Positions 60,932-64,000 of a stretch of DNA of 64,000 nt are shown piece by piece. Both the position numbers and the translations under genes were made by a program. The notes beneath the pieces were generated by a model that saw nothing but the letters and a program-made list of their open reading frames with translations, ran no database searches and was not told the DNA's origin. Position 1 is the first letter of the stretch, and every line of letters starts with the position of its first letter. This DNA comes from Lama guanicoe. Lineage: Eukaryota. The stretch is from positions 310,001 to 374,000 of the forward strand of contig MU054032.1 in NCBI GenBank assembly GCA_013239625.1, read 5' to 3'.

Positions 60932-63461
60932 TCAGCCATTAGAGACCAGGGGCCACAGCCGCTCCTCCAGCAGGGCTATGGTGAGCATGAGGCTGCCCCC
61001 CAGCAGCAGCCCCAGCCCCTGCAGTAGCACGTTGAGCGTAGGGAGGGGCTCAGGTGGATGAAGCAAGGCTGGGAGCTGAAAGGGAAGAACAGCATCAGGA
61101 TCCTGCCCTGGTCTCTGCCCCTAAAACTCCAGACGAAGATGTCAGAGTGTCAGCAGCCCCACTCAGACCCCTCCAAGCCCTTGTTTCTCAGACACTTGCA
61201 GGCCTGTGGTCCAGCCCCCTGCCAGGTGGCCACTGTGAAGGCAGAGGGACCGACACTCCCTCTCCTCCACACCCACCTCCCCGCTTCCCTTGGTTTTTCT
61301 GTACTTCCCCACACCTCTCACCATGTCCACAAGGGCCACATAGAGGAAGACCCCAGCAGTGACCCCAAACACCCAGGGAGTGAGGGGGATGGGGCCCAAA
61401 CTGAGCCCCACCCCCAGGGCTGCACCCCCAAGTCCCAGGACTCCAGACACCAGGCTCAGCAGCAGCAGGCTCCGGAACGGCAGGCCTGCCTGGAGCAGCA
61501 TCGCAAAGTCACCTGTGGGGAGAGGACAGGGCTGGAGGGAGTCAACCAGGGCTGTCCCTCAGCCATGTCACCCACCAACCTCCAGCTTCCATCCCTTGCA
61601 AGTCTGTCCTTTCTGAAGTCCACCCCACACGCTTCTGCCATCCCTACCCAGTTCGTGAGGCAGCTCGTGGCAGAAGACTGCTATGGTGGTGCTGAGACCA
61701 CTGGAGAAGCCGTCAGAGAAGGCAGCACCTGGGGTGGGCAGGATTGGAGGTGGTCAGTCTGAAAGGAAGCTCTCCCCAGGGGCAGGGGCCTGGGTTCCCT
61801 CTGTGGTCCTCCCATCCCCCTTTCCTGGTAGCCCTCTCCTAGCCCCAGCCAGTAGCTGAGAGCCCTGCCTTCTCCTTGGACCTCACTCCTTCCATCCCCT
61901 CCCCTCACACCTATGGCCAGCCCGTCAGTGAGGTTGTGCAGACCGTCTCCCAGGAGGACCATCCATGTGATATTGGTGCCACTGCCACTATGGTGTCCAT
62001 GACTGTGGCCTTGGTGCCCAGGAGGGGCTGGGGCCTGGCTGTCCTCCCTCTGGCCCTGAGCCCCTGGCTCTGCAGAAAGAAGGACAAGGAGCAGTGTTGG
62101 TGGCTGCAACTGAGAGCTAGGAGCCAGGGGCCTGCTCTTCATTTTCTCCTCTGGTCACCTTGAGCTGCCTGTAGGGGCTGAAGTGCCATCCCACTGACGT
62201 TCTCCGGGTCCAGGTCTGGTGTTCCAACATCCTTTCTTTTCCGTCGGCAGTATCTCTGAAATGGGAGGGTATCCCTCTTGGTGGAGGAGGCAGCAGAGCG
62301 GGGGCTAAGGAGAGGCCAGGCTACGGAGCTGGGAAAATGAACACCCGGTTCCACCTCTGGTACTTGGGGGTGTTCTTTGGCCTCTGCTCTCTTCCCAGGT
62401 TGGCACCTCCCTGTTTCTTGCTGACTTGAACTCAGAGAGGAGGCCGGAAGTCCTAGGTCTATGCTGAGGAGCCCCTACCCACTCCCTGTTGTCAGGTCCT
62501 GCAGTCAGGCAAACGGCAGAGCCAGGAGCATGCTTAGCCCTTCACCTCCTGGCTCGAGTGGCCACTTCTAGGACTCTGGTCACGGCAGAAATAGGGAAAA
62601 AGGGTGTCACTCACTGGCCCGAGCCCTTGGCGCCGCAAAAGCCCTAGCATGTTCTCCAGCACGAAGAGCAGGAAGAGACCACCAAGCACCGACAGTCCTG
62701 GTCCCAGGTCCTCCTCTGGTCTCCCACCAGATCCAGCGTGCTGCCCTCCATGTGCCTGACAGAGAGGCAGTCAGGGCGGACTCTGGAAGCCCCGGCACCC
62801 GACACCAACCCCCTCCTGAGTGGGAGGTGGCAAGCCTTCACGCATACGCTCTACCAGAAGGCAGCTGTAGCTGTAGAAGCCGGGGTGGGAGAGAGGATGT
62901 CCTAGGGCTGGGAACATCTTGGATTGTGGAGGCTGTTCACCCATGGGGGCAGGGGAACAAAGAAGGGACTTCACGTACATGTGGCAGCAGGTGTAGCAGC
63001 GCATCCCCACAAAGAGTGCCCACGGCCAGGGCCCCCAGGAAACCCAGCAGGGGCCGCAACAGACGAGGTCCCAGGAGCCGCAGCAACAGCAGGGAGAGGG
63101 GAGTGGGGAGGCTGAGCAGCAGGACTGCCAAGGCACTATGAACCAGAGCTGGGGAGAATCAGGGGCTGAAGTTAGGCAGGGCTGGATGGAGGCCTCCTTG
63201 GAGGTGAGGTGGGGCAGAGATATGCTGCAAGGGGAGGCAGGACCCCAATGAACCCTCTTCCTCGGCTTGGGGCCCACCACCCACTCTCACCCACTGACCA
63301 GACAGTAGATCCCCTGGGGGAGTTGGGGCTGGGGTCTGGATGCAGACACGGCTCTCAATCTGATAAAGCAGGGCTGGACACAGCAGAGCAAACTGACGAG
63401 GGGTCAGAGGAGCAGCAGGGCTCAGGCCAAAATTGACCAGCAGCTGGGAGCCATTCAGACA
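60932..63461 (-). CDS. SLC39A5: Zinc transporter ZIP5, 3' part; 5' exons outside window
   Basis: Exons 63461-63299, 63148-62979, 62755-62615, 62255-62159, 62069-61911, 61728-61648, 61512-61322, 61075-60932 (TGA); LIV-1 motifs [10 protein letters not shown] and [10 protein letters not shown], His-rich loop HQGHSHGHH. Confidence 0.96.
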
Positions 63462-64000
63462 CTAGGGGAGTTGAGTTGGAGGTCATACATTGGGGAAGTC
63501 TGGGAACTGTGACTCAGATCTTTAATGTCTGCCCTTCCACTGCATGGACTCCTGGGTCTCTCCCAGGGTCCCATTTGTTCACTGGCAGTGCATCAGGGAC
63601 TGGGGACAGTTATGTATAATCAGTGTGTGTTAATTATTAGTGAATATTCAGTCCAATGTAAATATTCAATTCAGTGTGAATTGGGTGCTAGTGAACATTG
63701 CCACCAGCTCCCTTCCTCCCAAGCCCAATAATGTTTCATTGATTTGGTGATGGAATTGGGTGGACAACTAGAGCCCTCCATCCCGAAATCTTAGAAGGGA
63801 AAAGAACCTAAAATGCCATGCACCCTTCCTCTCAACAGCCCTGTTACTCGTTCACCCAGCCTTGGCTGGAATGCTTCCTGTGATGGGGTGCTCACCCTTA
63901 CCAGGCATGCTTCGTGGCTGGTTTTGGCTGCCCTCTGGTGTACGTGGAACAAATTCACTGACTTTCTGTAATGAAGACAGCCATCTACCCCCTGCAGCTC

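Noticed and set aside
61058..61762. 234-aa plus-strand ORF
   Set aside because: Antisense to SLC39A5 exons; no recognisable domain
1..64000. CRISPR arrays, rRNA or other prokaryotic systems
   Set aside because: Window is mammalian; no spaced direct-repeat arrays or rRNA-like sequence seen

Overview
Gene-dense mammalian genomic DNA; the tRNA-derived SINE family suggests a camelid (inference). It holds the conserved block PAN2 (3' part, +), CNPY2 (+), CS (+), COQ10A (-), ANKRD52 (+) and SLC39A5 (3' part, -). All exons were traced by splice sites and frame, and the four complete genes give intact ORFs (182, 466, 243 and 1076 aa). The main novel candidate is the non-repeat DNA upstream of CS and in its two long introns, which translates into decayed, collinear motif strings resembling bornavirus proteins: an N-P-M-G run on the minus strand of CS intron 6, an N-(M)-G-L run upstream of the CS promoter, and L-polymerase-like runs in intron 1, all interrupted by very old MIR/L2/L1M repeats. 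These matches were made by eye against Borna disease virus 1 (BoDV-1) proteins recalled from memory. They are individually weak and need frameshift-aware profile searches. Also notable are a perfect DR5+IR3 nuclear-receptor element beside a CTCF motif and a decayed duplicate of the CS exon 3/intron 3 junction.
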